Assembly (NCBI GenBank): GCA_964392445.1
Contig: CAYMPD010000003.1
Coordinates: 29,133-93,132 of the forward strand
DNA: 64,000 bases
Direction: 5' to 3'
DNA from: an uncultured archaeon
GTDB taxonomy: Archaea; Aenigmatarchaeota; Aenigmatarchaeia; CG10238-14
Shown piece after piece: positions 26,859 through 36,164 of the stretch. Position numbers and translations under genes: made by a program. The notes under the pieces were generated by a model. That model did no database searches. It was given only the letters and a program-made list of their open reading frames with translations, and was not told the origin of the DNA. The stretch's first letter is position 1, and every line of letters begins with the position of its first letter.

Positions 26859-27125
26859 TCACCACCTAAGATAATCCTTAATTTTATCGAGCAGCCCTTC
26901 TCTTCTCTCACGAGCACCACTAATTAATCTAGCATTGTAAAAACCACCGTTTCCCCCCTCTCGATACCTGGTTATCTTAACCATCACCTCATCGCCCACA
27001 TCGAGACGACCAAAAACACCACCGCTAACATAAATCTCATTCCCTTCATATGTGGCAATCGGAAGATGGAAATCTTCGCCAAATCTTTCTATACGGACAG
27101 TAACCTGTTCACCAACCTTCATCAT
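26859..27125 (-). CDS. Single TRAM-domain (OB-like) protein
   Basis: KVGEQVTVRIERFG...IATYEGNEIYVSG...VGDEVMVKITR. Confidence 0.6.
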   Translation of the reverse strand: MMKVGEQVTVRIERFGEDFHLPIATYEGNEIYVSGGVFGRLDVGDEVMVKITRYREGGNGGFYNARLISGARERREGLLDKIKDYLRW

Positions 27126-27410
27126 TTTTCACCTCCTTGGTTTGGATTATTTTAATTATTAATGGATATTGGGCAGATTAATTTTTTAAATGTCAATCCT
27201 CATATTCTACAATCGAAAATAGAAAATTTCCTTCTACCAAATATAAGAGTCTTATTTACATCAACTATGGATATCCACCTTCATAGTACTCTTATCATTA
27301 TTGGGGATTCAATCACTACAAAACTAAAAAAATTACCTAGTTAGTAGAAAGAAGAACTATTTCTTTAACTACCAGAAAAATTAAACACATTAACACCCAA
27401 TTAACTACAC

Positions 27411-28637
27411 ATGAAATCCATATGTTTACCATGCAAGGGAAGGAACTGGTGTGGTGTTTCCAGATGCCCTGTCTTAGACAGTATGCGAGCGAAAATTAAA
27501 CTTAAAGAAACAATCAAAAAACCAGAGATATTTGGTTCTAGCCCCCCAGCAACATTCATCGGTAGATTTGGTTATCCTAAAGTCAATGTAGGAATATTAT
27601 TACCGTCAGAAAGAGGGGATACAAAATTAATGAACTCACCAAGAGACTGGCATAAAAACAGGATAGACATAGGTCAGGTGTTGGAATTCCGGGCATCTTT
27701 GATCAATTCCCGACAGAAAAACATTGTCGATGCGACAAAACCAGGCAGATTTTTGGATACTGTTCAAGAGGTTGCTTTATCGTCAAAACCAGTCGACACC
27801 GAGGTTATTCTTAGGAAGATTCCCAAGTTCTCAATGAGTTTTAATTTTAATGCTTCACCCTTTGGACCTTCTGGAGATGTAAAAAAAGCGATGTTAACCG
27901 AGAACCCGAGTGTTGATAAAAGAGTCGATTATATTACTTCCGATGTTGATTTTAAAGCTACTAAGGCGATGGTCGACTTGTATGACCACGGTCAGGATGT
28001 TTATGATTTGTCGAGATTGTTGTCGGTTGGGCTTTTAGGATTGAAAAAACAAAGGAAACTGGTCCCGACAAGATGGTCTATTACAGCCGCTGATTCGATT
28101 ATTGCTGAAAATCTTCTGAAAGAGGTTAAGGATTATCCTGTGATCAATGACTATCTTCTGTTTGAGTCGAATTATATTGGTAATTACTTCGAGGTCTTGT
28201 TAATGCCTTATTCCTGGATGTTTGAACAGGTTGAAATGGCTGTTCCTGGGGGTTTATGGTCGAGAGGACTGAAAGAACCCAATGTTATCAGTGATCATGA
28301 ATTCTATTGGGGAAGGAAAAAGTATGCTAAGAATGTTGCTGGTGCTTATTACTCGGGAAAGTTGGCGGTTTTGGAGTACTTGAAAAAAATTAAAAGACAG
28401 GCGACTGTTTTAATAGTCCGTGAGATAAGACCAGAATATTTCTCGGAAGTGGGTGTTTGGAAGGTTAGAGAAGCTATCCGTGAAGCCATGACCAAAAAAC
28501 CCCTGAAGTTCGAGTCTTTGGAGTATGCGTTGAAGAGGATTAATATCATGTTAGAGATTCATAGTGATACTTGGTCGAAAAAGAGTAAGATTTTGGATAA
28601 TTTAAGAAATCAGAGAAGGATAGTGGATTATTTTTGA
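27411..28637 (+). CDS. nreA: Nre family DNA repair protein
   Basis: CLPCKGRNWCG..CP Zn finger, GSSPP.TFIGRFGYPKV, RKLVPTRWSITAAD, VGVWKVRE, C-terminal PIP-like QRRIVDYF. Confidence 0.92.
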   Translation: MKSICLPCKGRNWCGVSRCPVLDSMRAKIKLKETIKKPEIFGSSPPATFIGRFGYPKVNVGILLPSERGDTKLMNSPRDWHKNRIDIGQVLEFRASLINSRQKNIVDATKPGRFLDTVQEVALSSKPVDTEVILRKIPKFSMSFNFNASPFGPSGDVKKAMLTENPSVDKRVDYITSDVDFKATKAMVDLYDHGQDVYDLSRLLSVGLLGLKKQRKLVPTRWSITAADSIIAENLLKEVKDYPVINDYLLFESNYIGNYFEVLLMPYSWMFEQVEMAVPGGLWSRGLKEPNVISDHEFYWGRKKYAKNVAGAYYSGKLAVLEYLKKIKRQATVLIVREIRPEYFSEVGVWKVREAIREAMTKKPLKFESLEYALKRINIMLEIHSDTWSKKSKILDNLRNQRRIVDYF

Positions 28638-28650
28638 AATTTGATTATTT

Positions 28651-29139
28651 TTAGACTATCCTTTCAGAAGGAATATCAAGAATTTCGCTCATTATCTGAT
28701 CAGCAAATAAATCGTTCATTATACCAAGTTTACCCCCATTTTCAAGGTATAACTTAACTATTTTGGAAGATTTCCTAGCTCTTCTGTCAGCTTTATTAAA
28801 ACTCCTCCTAAATCGGGAAGAAAAAGGCTGAAGATACGTCCTATCAATAAAATCTAACCCGGTCCTTGTGGTTCTTGTTAGCCTTTTTATCTGGGGTTCG
28901 TAATGATAACGATAATGTTCACATGCAATAAGTATACCACCGCTTAAGTGAAGTCTTAGAAAATTTAACAAAGGGTTTACATCCACGCTCCCAGGATTAC
29001 CACACATTGAAAGGTACCTGAATTGGTATTTTCCATCCCTAGATTGTATTGCAAGTGCATGTTGGTAAAGTCTTATTCTCTTTCCATTGAATCCAACATT
29101 TCTTCCTGAATCGTCTAAAAAATATAGATGAGTTATCAT
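28651..29139 (-). CDS. Hypothetical protein
   Basis: 162-aa ORF, no motif recognised. Confidence 0.6.
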   Translation of the reverse strand: MITHLYFLDDSGRNVGFNGKRIRLYQHALAIQSRDGKYQFRYLSMCGNPGSVDVNPLLNFLRLHLSGGILIACEHYRYHYEPQIKRLTRTTRTGLDFIDRTYLQPFSSRFRRSFNKADRRARKSSKIVKLYLENGGKLGIMNDLFADQIMSEILDIPSERIV

Positions 29140-29393
29140 CCACTCACTCGTTTCATTCCATTTCTTCTACCTGTTAACATATCAGGTCTCTGTTCTAAAC
29201 GGGGACCAGTTTCTCCATCGGGTAAATATGTTCCTGATACATATCCAGAGCAATTAACTGGACATTTTCGATTAGTTTGACGTTTACAATTCCTACCATA
29301 CCGAATACAATCATAATGATACATATTACTCATATTTACCAACAAAAAAATTTCTATTACATTTTTTTCACAAATAAATCTCTCAAAAACCAA
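29136..29393 (-). CDS. Hypothetical Cys-containing small protein (start uncertain)
   Basis: C..YGRNC...C...C cluster; overlaps the next gene by 4 nt. Confidence 0.5.
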   Translation of the reverse strand: MVFERFICEKNVIEIFLLVNMSNMYHYDCIRYGRNCKRQTNRKCPVNCSGYVSGTYLPDGETGPRLEQRPDMLTGRRNGMKRVSG

Positions 29394-29439
29394 TAATTAA
29401 TTTGGTTTCAGAGAACAGATTGTAAAATTTTCTCCTGAC

Positions 29440-29715
29440 TTAAGGTAACCTTAATTCCATAGAATGAGTACCGAGACCATTTGGTCGCATCATTCTTCTT
29501 AAATCTGGCAAGTTTTCTGGGAAATTACCATCAAAGCAAATTGAAAAATGTTCTCTCACATAACCTTTCAAATCTCCCCAAGGTTTTATTACCATTGCTG
29601 AAGTTGAGCCATAAGAAGTTGACCAAAGAGTGACATTTCCATCCCTCTCTATAGAAAGATGATATCTATAATTTCCTAATCTCCATTGTTCTAAGCCGTA
29701 CGCTTCCTTGAACAT
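29440..29715 (-). CDS. Hypothetical protein
   Basis: 91-aa ORF. Confidence 0.55.
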   Translation of the reverse strand: MFKEAYGLEQWRLGNYRYHLSIERDGNVTLWSTSYGSTSAMVIKPWGDLKGYVREHFSICFDGNFPENLPDLRRMMRPNGLGTHSMELRLP

Positions 29716-29836
29716 TACTAAAATAATAGGAATAGTTGATTATTAAAAATAACGGTGTTTTGTGGATATTTTTACCGAGGAATTGAGTCATATTAATTCT
29801 TAAAAACTCCCGCGAAAATAATTATGGAGTGATAGT

Positions 29837-30043
29837 ATGGCAAAAACGAAAAGACTTTATCGGTCAGGTAAAAACAAAATAATAGCCGGAGTTTGTGGTG
29901 GTATTGGAGAATATTTCAACGTAGATCCAGTGATAATAAGGCTCGTGTGGATTTTGTTCTCATTAGCTTATGGCTCTGGAATATTGGCCTACATTATTGC
30001 TTGGATAATAATTCCTAAAAACCCTAAACATGATTGGGGTTAA
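29837..30043 (+). CDS. pspC: PspC domain protein
   Basis: KRLYRSGKNKIIAGVCGGIGEYFNVDPVIIRL...YIIAWIIIP. Confidence 0.92.
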   Translation: MAKTKRLYRSGKNKIIAGVCGGIGEYFNVDPVIIRLVWILFSLAYGSGILAYIIAWIIIPKNPKHDWG

Positions 30044-30056
30044 GGTGTTGGAGTAA

Positions 30057-30260
30057 ATGTTAGAGCAAATAACCTATTACCGGATCTTGGGATTACCACT
30101 GATAGTTTACCTGGGAATTCTAACTTTACTGTCGGCCTTAGCAACCGCATATACGGGTTACAAAAGAAAACCGATTAATGTGCATATGAACTTGGCTAGA
30201 ATTACCATAACATTAGCTTTGGTGCATGGCTTGTTAGGTTTGTTGGTTTATTTAGGTTAG
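30057..30260 (+). CDS. Small two-TM membrane protein
   Basis: Two hydrophobic helices with H residues (VHMNLA, LVHG); AGGTG SD. Confidence 0.7.
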   Translation: MLEQITYYRILGLPLIVYLGILTLLSALATAYTGYKRKPINVHMNLARITITLALVHGLLGLLVYLG

Positions 30261-30301
30261 TTTACAGTTTAGCCTATTTTAATCGTAAATTATTTTTTTC
30301 T

Positions 30302-30931
30302 TTAGAATTTTCTCTTGGAAAATATCTTGAAAATTAATATACCAGCGGTTGTTGATAATGAGATTATCAAAACAACAAAAGCGTATATCATTAAAGTCAT
30401 GTTTCGTGATATTTCTGGGTTTGTTAATAGAGGATTTAGACCTTTAATAAATACTACTAGAACACACATCATCAAAAAGACCAAAAGTCCATTAGTTAGT
30501 AAAATCGGTTTCATGCTTTTCTTCTCTTCTTTCAAAACCATCCGGTAAATGTAGGACGCCATCCTTGGTTCGTTTGAGACTATATCTGTCTCGGTAACTA
30601 TTCCAGCTAGTTTTCCTTTATCTAAAACTGGAAGTTTTTTGATGTGTTCTTTCTTCATTATTTTACAAGCTTTATCTAAACTGCTTTTAGCATCAATAGT
30701 TATTACATTCTCCGACATTATATTGGAGATATTGGTTTTGGTTGTACTCTTTCCTGGAGAGACAACTTTTCTAATTACATCTCTTTCTGTGATTATTCCT
30801 GCTAGTTTCTCGCCCTTCATTATTATCAGGGATCCTATGTCATTCTTTTTCATTACCATTGAAGCCTTTTTCACACTGGTATCAGGAGATACAGTGATCA
30901 CAGATTTTGTCATCACATCTTTTACAATCAT
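30302..30931 (-). CDS. CBS-pair protein with two C-terminal TM helices
   Basis: VKDVMT...IGSLII...GIITERD...IKKLPV...GIVTETD, then two hydrophobic segments. Confidence 0.85.
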   Translation of the reverse strand: MIVKDVMTKSVITVSPDTSVKKASMVMKKNDIGSLIIMKGEKLAGIITERDVIRKVVSPGKSTTKTNISNIMSENVITIDAKSSLDKACKIMKKEHIKKLPVLDKGKLAGIVTETDIVSNEPRMASYIYRMVLKEEKKSMKPILLTNGLLVFLMMCVLVVFIKGLNPLLTNPEISRNMTLMIYAFVVLIISLSTTAGILIFKIFSKRKF

Positions 30932-31211
30932 GACTATTTTTTTTGTTTTTAGAATTTAAAAATGAAAGCAGATTTTAAGATAAGTAGTACTGAGGCTTTC
31001 TTTGATTTTTTAGTCCGTGGAGTTTCGAATATTATTTTTGAAAAGTTCAGAAAAACACTCACGAGTATTTGGATATAAGGGTTACTAAAAAATTCTTGGC
31101 ATCGTTGAACCAAACTGGAATTAAGATTCATTAAGGAAGAGAAATGTTGTACGTTGTCTTGGTACTTCCTTTAGTAGTTAATAAACAGAAAATGAATATT
31201 TAATTGTTTCT

Positions 31212-31454
31212 TTATAAACCATATCTCCTAAAAAAGTCAGAGTCCTCGACGAGTTCCCGTTCTAATTCTATCTCGAAATCAGAATCTCCTTGCATTGTTA
31301 ATAAATAGCTAGAATTCACTTCTTCTGTCCTTTTCGGAAGATCGAGAACTTCATAAAGGACATCTACAGATATTTCTGAGTACCCAGGTGGTTGTCTTAC
31401 ACATTCAAGTGAAGTCCGTCTACAGTAAAGGGGTTCTCCGTCCATATTTTTCAC
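31212..31454 (-). CDS. Hypothetical protein
   Basis: 80-aa acidic ORF. Confidence 0.5.
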   Translation of the reverse strand: MKNMDGEPLYCRRTSLECVRQPPGYSEISVDVLYEVLDLPKRTEEVNSSYLLTMQGDSDFEIELERELVEDSDFFRRYGL

Positions 31455-31527
31455 TTAATATTCTTTCTAATCTGTTAATTATTAATAGTTTAACCTTTAC
31501 TCGAGCTTCCATCCTAGAACTTACCTT

Positions 31528-31577
31528 GTCAAAGTTTGGTTCTGATATTACTTAGATCTAATCCTTGGTTTTTGAGT
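31528..31577 (+). repeat. 50-bp direct repeat, copy A
   Basis: GTCAAAGTTTGGTTCTGATATTACTTAGATCTAATCCTTGGTTTTTGAGT; 45/50 identical to 32624-32673. Confidence 0.9.
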
Positions 31578-31589
31578 AGCTAGAAAATC

Positions 31590-32519
31590 CTAGATATAAT
31601 CAACTTCTTTGATATATTTCACAATAAGTTTTACAAAAGGTTTTAGATTACCTTCATTCGCTTTGTTTAGAGCTAAAAAATACCTTCTTTTATCCCTATT
31701 TTTGATATCGATCATCGGATAACCCTTCTTCTTCAGAATAAAATTTAGTATTAGTCTTCCTGTTCTACCATTACCATCTATAAAGGGATGAATGTTTTCG
31801 AAAACAGAGTGAAAATATGCTGCTACAACAACTGGATGATATTTGCTTTTATTGTAACCATACCATCTCATTAGTTTTGTGAATTCTTCGTTGACTTTAT
31901 CTGGTTTAGGTGGGATTACGTTTGATCCAGCGATGAAAACTTGGACATCTCTGAAAACCCCTGCTTTTTCTTTGAGTATATTATGCATAAGTTTCTTATG
32001 GATATTTAAAATGAATTTCCTTGTGAGATTACCTTTATAATTTATCATGTAGTCAAATGCATCTTTGTGGTTCTTAATCCAATCTATTTCCCAAAGTTCT
32101 TTTCCTTTTGGTGTGGTATTTTCGAATAACACTAATTTTGTCTCAATTAGATTTAATGTAGAACCTTCTATTGCGTTTGTGTTGTAGGTGAATTTTGTTA
32201 GGAACCATTCATAGTATTTTTCCCACCCAGCTTTTCCAAGTTTTTTAAGGTATTTGGAGTATTCTTTTTTAATTTCTTCTAATTTTCCAAGTTCTTTCTG
32301 TTTTAAGATACCCATCAAAGGATCGTTTGATTTGAGGAAGTTAGTGACTTTATTTTGGAGTTTTTTCTTGTTCTTTTTTGTTAATTTTTTTATTTCTTTC
32401 TCAGTTTTCTCGCCCTTTCCAAGATAAACTCTGATCTTCTTCCATTTTTTCCCATTTCTTATATTTTCAGTTAAATAGTGGTACTTATTCCCTTTTTTTT
32501 CAATAACCTCGTGATACAT
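31590..32519 (-). CDS. Fic family AMPylase
   Basis: TYNTNAIEGSTL and the complete HPFIDGNGRTGR motif; likely start MYHEVIEKKG at 32519. Confidence 0.92.
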   Translation of the reverse strand: MYHEVIEKKGNKYHYLTENIRNGKKWKKIRVYLGKGEKTEKEIKKLTKKNKKKLQNKVTNFLKSNDPLMGILKQKELGKLEEIKKEYSKYLKKLGKAGWEKYYEWFLTKFTYNTNAIEGSTLNLIETKLVLFENTTPKGKELWEIDWIKNHKDAFDYMINYKGNLTRKFILNIHKKLMHNILKEKAGVFRDVQVFIAGSNVIPPKPDKVNEEFTKLMRWYGYNKSKYHPVVVAAYFHSVFENIHPFIDGNGRTGRLILNFILKKKGYPMIDIKNRDKRRYFLALNKANEGNLKPFVKLIVKYIKEVDYI

Positions 32520-32623
32520 AATAATAGTTTGGGCACACTTATTTAAATAATTATCATCAATTGTGCACAAACTAATGCTTCATATCTTTTAGTCAATTAA
32601 ACAATTTTTACCATAATCGACTC

Positions 32624-32673
32624 GTCAAAGTTTGGTCTCGATATTACTTAGATCTAATCCTTGTTGTTTGAGT
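32624..32673 (+). repeat. 50-bp direct repeat, copy B
   Basis: GTCAAAGTTTGGTCTCGATATTACTTAGATCTAATCCTTGTTGTTTGAGT. Confidence 0.9.
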
Positions 32674-32798
32674 CTTAGGATAAAAAATTATTGGTATGGT
32701 ACGTCAAGGGGGTTTAAGGAAAAGGAAATTATATTACCAATTTTAATTCCTTTGAAGGAAAGTTAAATATTTAAATATTTTCACCTATTATAATAGAT

Positions 32799-33071
32799 AT
32801 GGAAATTGATAAAAAGGATGAGAAAAAATCAAAAATGGAAAACAGTGAAAGTTCGAGGGAGAGATTTAAAAGACTTGCGATGGCCAGAACTAATACTGTA
32901 CTTAAAAAATTAGATGTTCTTGGAAATTGTGCAAATCGATATGTTTATGAATACACCCAAGAAGATATACAAAAAATTTTCGATACTATTAATAAAAAGA
33001 TAAAAGAAACGAAATTACTTTTTGATTCTGGTTTGGTGTCTAAGAAAAGGGAGGTTGAGTTTAAACTCTAG
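32799..33071 (+). CDS. Small helical protein (RERFKRLA..RTN.VL..L..LGN.AN..YEY type)
   Basis: 90-aa ORF; I recognise the pattern as a conserved hypothetical family; first gene of the operon. Confidence 0.75.
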   Translation: MEIDKKDEKKSKMENSESSRERFKRLAMARTNTVLKKLDVLGNCANRYVYEYTQEDIQKIFDTINKKIKETKLLFDSGLVSKKREVEFKL

Positions 33072-33081
33072 GTTGATCAAT

Positions 33082-33663
33082 ATGGGAGATAGAATTGATT
33101 TTAGTAAGCAAAATTTATGGAGACTCCCCGATGATATTAAAAAACGTGTAGTTAAGCATAAGACCCCATCTTCAAAAGAGGAGGGTGAAATAAGTAAATG
33201 GATCGCAATAGCCTTAGCTAGATTAGATACCCATGATGAAATGAGAGACATTGCAAAACAAATCCATCCTTCTACTGAATATAAACCTTTTAATAAAGCT
33301 ATCACGGCTTACAAAAAGACTTCTGAAGATACCAAAAAAGATGTAAGGGAAGGAAAAATTCCTATAATGAGATTAATAAGAAATGGAACTGAAAATAAAA
33401 GAATATCAAAAGAGGATCAAGAGAATTGGATTTTATATAAGAACGCGAAAAAGGTACAGGATCAATTGAATTTATTTTATAAAAATTTGAAAGTTTTTTT
33501 AGATGGGACACCCGAAGATAGAAAATATCTTAAAGAGTTTCTGAAACCTCAAAAAATCCATTATATAGCTTCTTTGTTATCCTGTATAAGGAATGAGGAA
33601 CTTCTGAAATCTTTTAAAAAGCAACAGGGAATTAAATCTTTAGAGGAATTTAGGGGTGAGTAA
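33082..33663 (+). CDS. Hypothetical protein (193 aa)
   Basis: ATG 33082 lies 10 nt after the previous stop; stop is 2 nt before the next ATG. Confidence 0.7.
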   Translation: MGDRIDFSKQNLWRLPDDIKKRVVKHKTPSSKEEGEISKWIAIALARLDTHDEMRDIAKQIHPSTEYKPFNKAITAYKKTSEDTKKDVREGKIPIMRLIRNGTENKRISKEDQENWILYKNAKKVQDQLNLFYKNLKVFLDGTPEDRKYLKEFLKPQKIHYIASLLSCIRNEELLKSFKKQQGIKSLEEFRGE

Positions 33664-33665
33664 AA

Positions 33666-35435
33666 ATGAGTAAAGAGTATCTCGGAAAATTGAAAATTCC
33701 CGAGGATCAAATGGATTGGGTTATAAGTCAACTGGGAAAAACTTTCAGATATCCTTTTCATGCTTTTAGGCAATATATTGATAATGCAAAAGATTCTGTT
33801 AAAATAAGAAAAATGTACGATAATTCTTTTTCTGAAGAAGAAAAATTAATAAAAATAGAACTCATGCGTAGTAAGAATAGGGATGAAAGAAAAATAAGAA
33901 TTGTGGATTTCGGGACTGGTATTACACCTAAAGAGGCTGTGTGGGAAACTCCTCAAGGAGATATAATAAGGGATGAAAAAGGAGAGAAGATTCCTTACAT
34001 AAATAGTTTTAGATACATGAAAAATAATGTTGCAAATTCTGTTAAGAGGGCTCAAAAAGAAGTTACAGGAGAAAAAGCTGTAGGAATGTTGGCTTTCCTA
34101 AAATTAAATTGCAAAAAATTAAAATTCATAAGTAAAGTTTCCTCAACAGGGGAAACATATACTTATAGTATTAACGAAAATCTCGAGTGCCATTGGGAAA
34201 GGGGCGGGGATAAAAAATTCAAAGAGTCAGGGACTGAAGTTATTTTAGAAGGGATGCACGGTAAAACATTTGAAAATTATTTTAATCCTCGTAGGTTAAA
34301 ACTAAATTTACGTAAAATATATCACCAGGATCTCTTGAGAGACATTATTAAAATTTCAGTAGAATATATAATCGCTGATAAAAAAGTAAAAGGAAGAGGA
34401 AGGAAGAGAGAGAGCCCTTTTTTTGAGATAAAACCAATGAAAATCACGGGTGAGCAGTTTGAGCCAACACAAATTAAGACAAAAACAGGAAAACTTGTAA
34501 GTATCAATTTAAAATTAACGGATAAACCAAGGAAAGATCCTTTCATAAGAATCAATAATAGAGGTACTGGGGGGGTTCCAGCTGAAACAGTCTTTTATAA
34601 CCCAATTTGGGAGAATGAATATACCCAAGGTTTTATTGATGTTGATTTTCTAAATTTTGCAGGTCATGACAAGAGCAGTTTTGAACAGGATAAAACTTTG
34701 GAAGAATTGGAAAATGCATTAGAAGAAAAAGTAGTCCCAAAACTTGCTGAAAATATCAGTGAAATAAAGAAGAGAAAGTCTCAAAGAAATATAATGGATA
34801 CAATAGAAATTCTGAAGGTAGCCCTTTCTAGAACTATTAAAAATTTAGACATTCGGATAGAAGGTACGGTCGAGAGAACAAAAACATGTCCTCAATGTGG
34901 GAAAAAATTATCTTATAATCATAAGTTTTGTCCTGATTGCGGTTATGAATTCCCTCGAGCGACTAAACATTGTAGATTTTGTGACGAAGAAATACCTTCC
35001 AATGCTAAAACTTGCCCTAAGTGTGGTAAAAATCTGATAGAAAAAATAAAATGTAAATATTGTGGTGAATTAATACCAGAATTAAGTAGAGTCTGTCCAG
35101 AATGTGGAGAAAGGTTAAGATCTAAAAGAAAGGAACCGAAGGGCAAGACACCAGATATATTTCCTCAACCTTTAGGTCCAGAAGGTCCCCGAAGTGCTAT
35201 TGATAAAGAAAATGGGCATCTAAGGGTTATTCAGATAAACCAGGATCACAGTGATTATCAAAGGGCTCTAGAAGAGGGTTATGATAAGCTTTATATGTCC
35301 ATTCTGACCTCCAAAGAAATTGCAAAATTTATGTATGGAGAGGAGAAATCTGATTATACGGAGGATCTTTTGGAAATATTTTTAGAGATATTTAATGAGT
35401 TAATAACTATAAAATCAATAGACTATAGAGAGTGA
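33666..35435 (+). CDS. MORC-like GHKL ATPase-fold protein with six CxxC zinc-ribbon knuckles
   Basis: HAFRQYIDNAKDS (N box), IVDFGTGI (G1), GEKAVGMLAF (G2), GTEVIL; S5-like GFIDVDFL; CPQC, CPDC, CRFC, CPKC, CKYC, CPEC; C-terminal IQINQDH. Confidence 0.78.
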   Translation: MSKEYLGKLKIPEDQMDWVISQLGKTFRYPFHAFRQYIDNAKDSVKIRKMYDNSFSEEEKLIKIELMRSKNRDERKIRIVDFGTGITPKEAVWETPQGDIIRDEKGEKIPYINSFRYMKNNVANSVKRAQKEVTGEKAVGMLAFLKLNCKKLKFISKVSSTGETYTYSINENLECHWERGGDKKFKESGTEVILEGMHGKTFENYFNPRRLKLNLRKIYHQDLLRDIIKISVEYIIADKKVKGRGRKRESPFFEIKPMKITGEQFEPTQIKTKTGKLVSINLKLTDKPRKDPFIRINNRGTGGVPAETVFYNPIWENEYTQGFIDVDFLNFAGHDKSSFEQDKTLEELENALEEKVVPKLAENISEIKKRKSQRNIMDTIEILKVALSRTIKNLDIRIEGTVERTKTCPQCGKKLSYNHKFCPDCGYEFPRATKHCRFCDEEIPSNAKTCPKCGKNLIEKIKCKYCGELIPELSRVCPECGERLRSKRKEPKGKTPDIFPQPLGPEGPRSAIDKENGHLRVIQINQDHSDYQRALEEGYDKLYMSILTSKEIAKFMYGEEKSDYTEDLLEIFLEIFNELITIKSIDYRE

Positions 35436-35581
35436 TGCTGTATATCTTCATTAATACTATTAATTATTTTGATAGAGTAATTTATTTCCCCTCCCCTCTA
35501 ATCCCTTTTAATAACTTTCTGTAATATCAACCCGAATTAAATTACCGATCTTTTTATCTCCACACCCGAATTAATTAACTA

Positions 35582-36160
35582 ATGAAAGATGTTAATCCGT
35601 TTAAAATTGAAGAAAAAATGGTATTAGAAATTATTCGTGATTCTTCTAAACATATGAAGGGACTGATGAAATACCTTCAAGAGATAGATGTGGATTTGAA
35701 AAGTAAGTTGAAATCAGAGATATTTAGTAAGCTCGTGGAAATAAACAGTGCAAAAATATTTTCTAAATATCTAGGATATGAAGTCATAGCTGCAAAATCT
35801 GACAGGGACCCAGACCTATACTTTACCAAATTAGAAAAGCCTCTGGAGGTGAAAATTACAGTCACGAAAGGTACTTGGACGGGGGGCGAATTCAGTAAAA
35901 GAACTTCTCATTATTTACTTATTTCCCGTAGTCGTAATTTTGATAAATTTTTTGTAACTTTAGTTTTTTTGAAAGAGGATGAATGGGAATCCAGTATGGA
36001 AAAAGGATATAATTTCTATGGGCCACGTCTCTCTAAAAAATATCTATATGGTAAAGATGAAAAAATTATCTTCCTGGGGGGTTTAGTAAAAGAGGAAAAT
36101 AGGAAAACTCCTACATTGATTAGGGAGAGTATAAATTCTAAAAACCTATCCGAATTTTAG
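35582..36160 (+). CDS. Putative type II restriction endonuclease (PD-(D/E)xK)
   Basis: DPDLYFTKLEKPLEVK catalytic motif; convergent with an MTase. Confidence 0.7.
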   Translation: MKDVNPFKIEEKMVLEIIRDSSKHMKGLMKYLQEIDVDLKSKLKSEIFSKLVEINSAKIFSKYLGYEVIAAKSDRDPDLYFTKLEKPLEVKITVTKGTWTGGEFSKRTSHYLLISRSRNFDKFFVTLVFLKEDEWESSMEKGYNFYGPRLSKKYLYGKDEKIIFLGGLVKEENRKTPTLIRESINSKNLSEF

Positions 36161-36164
36161 ACAC

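Noticed and set aside
31528-32673. CRISPR array
   Set aside because: Only two copies, separated by about 1 kb containing a gene; no cas genes and no regularly spaced repeats anywhere in the window.
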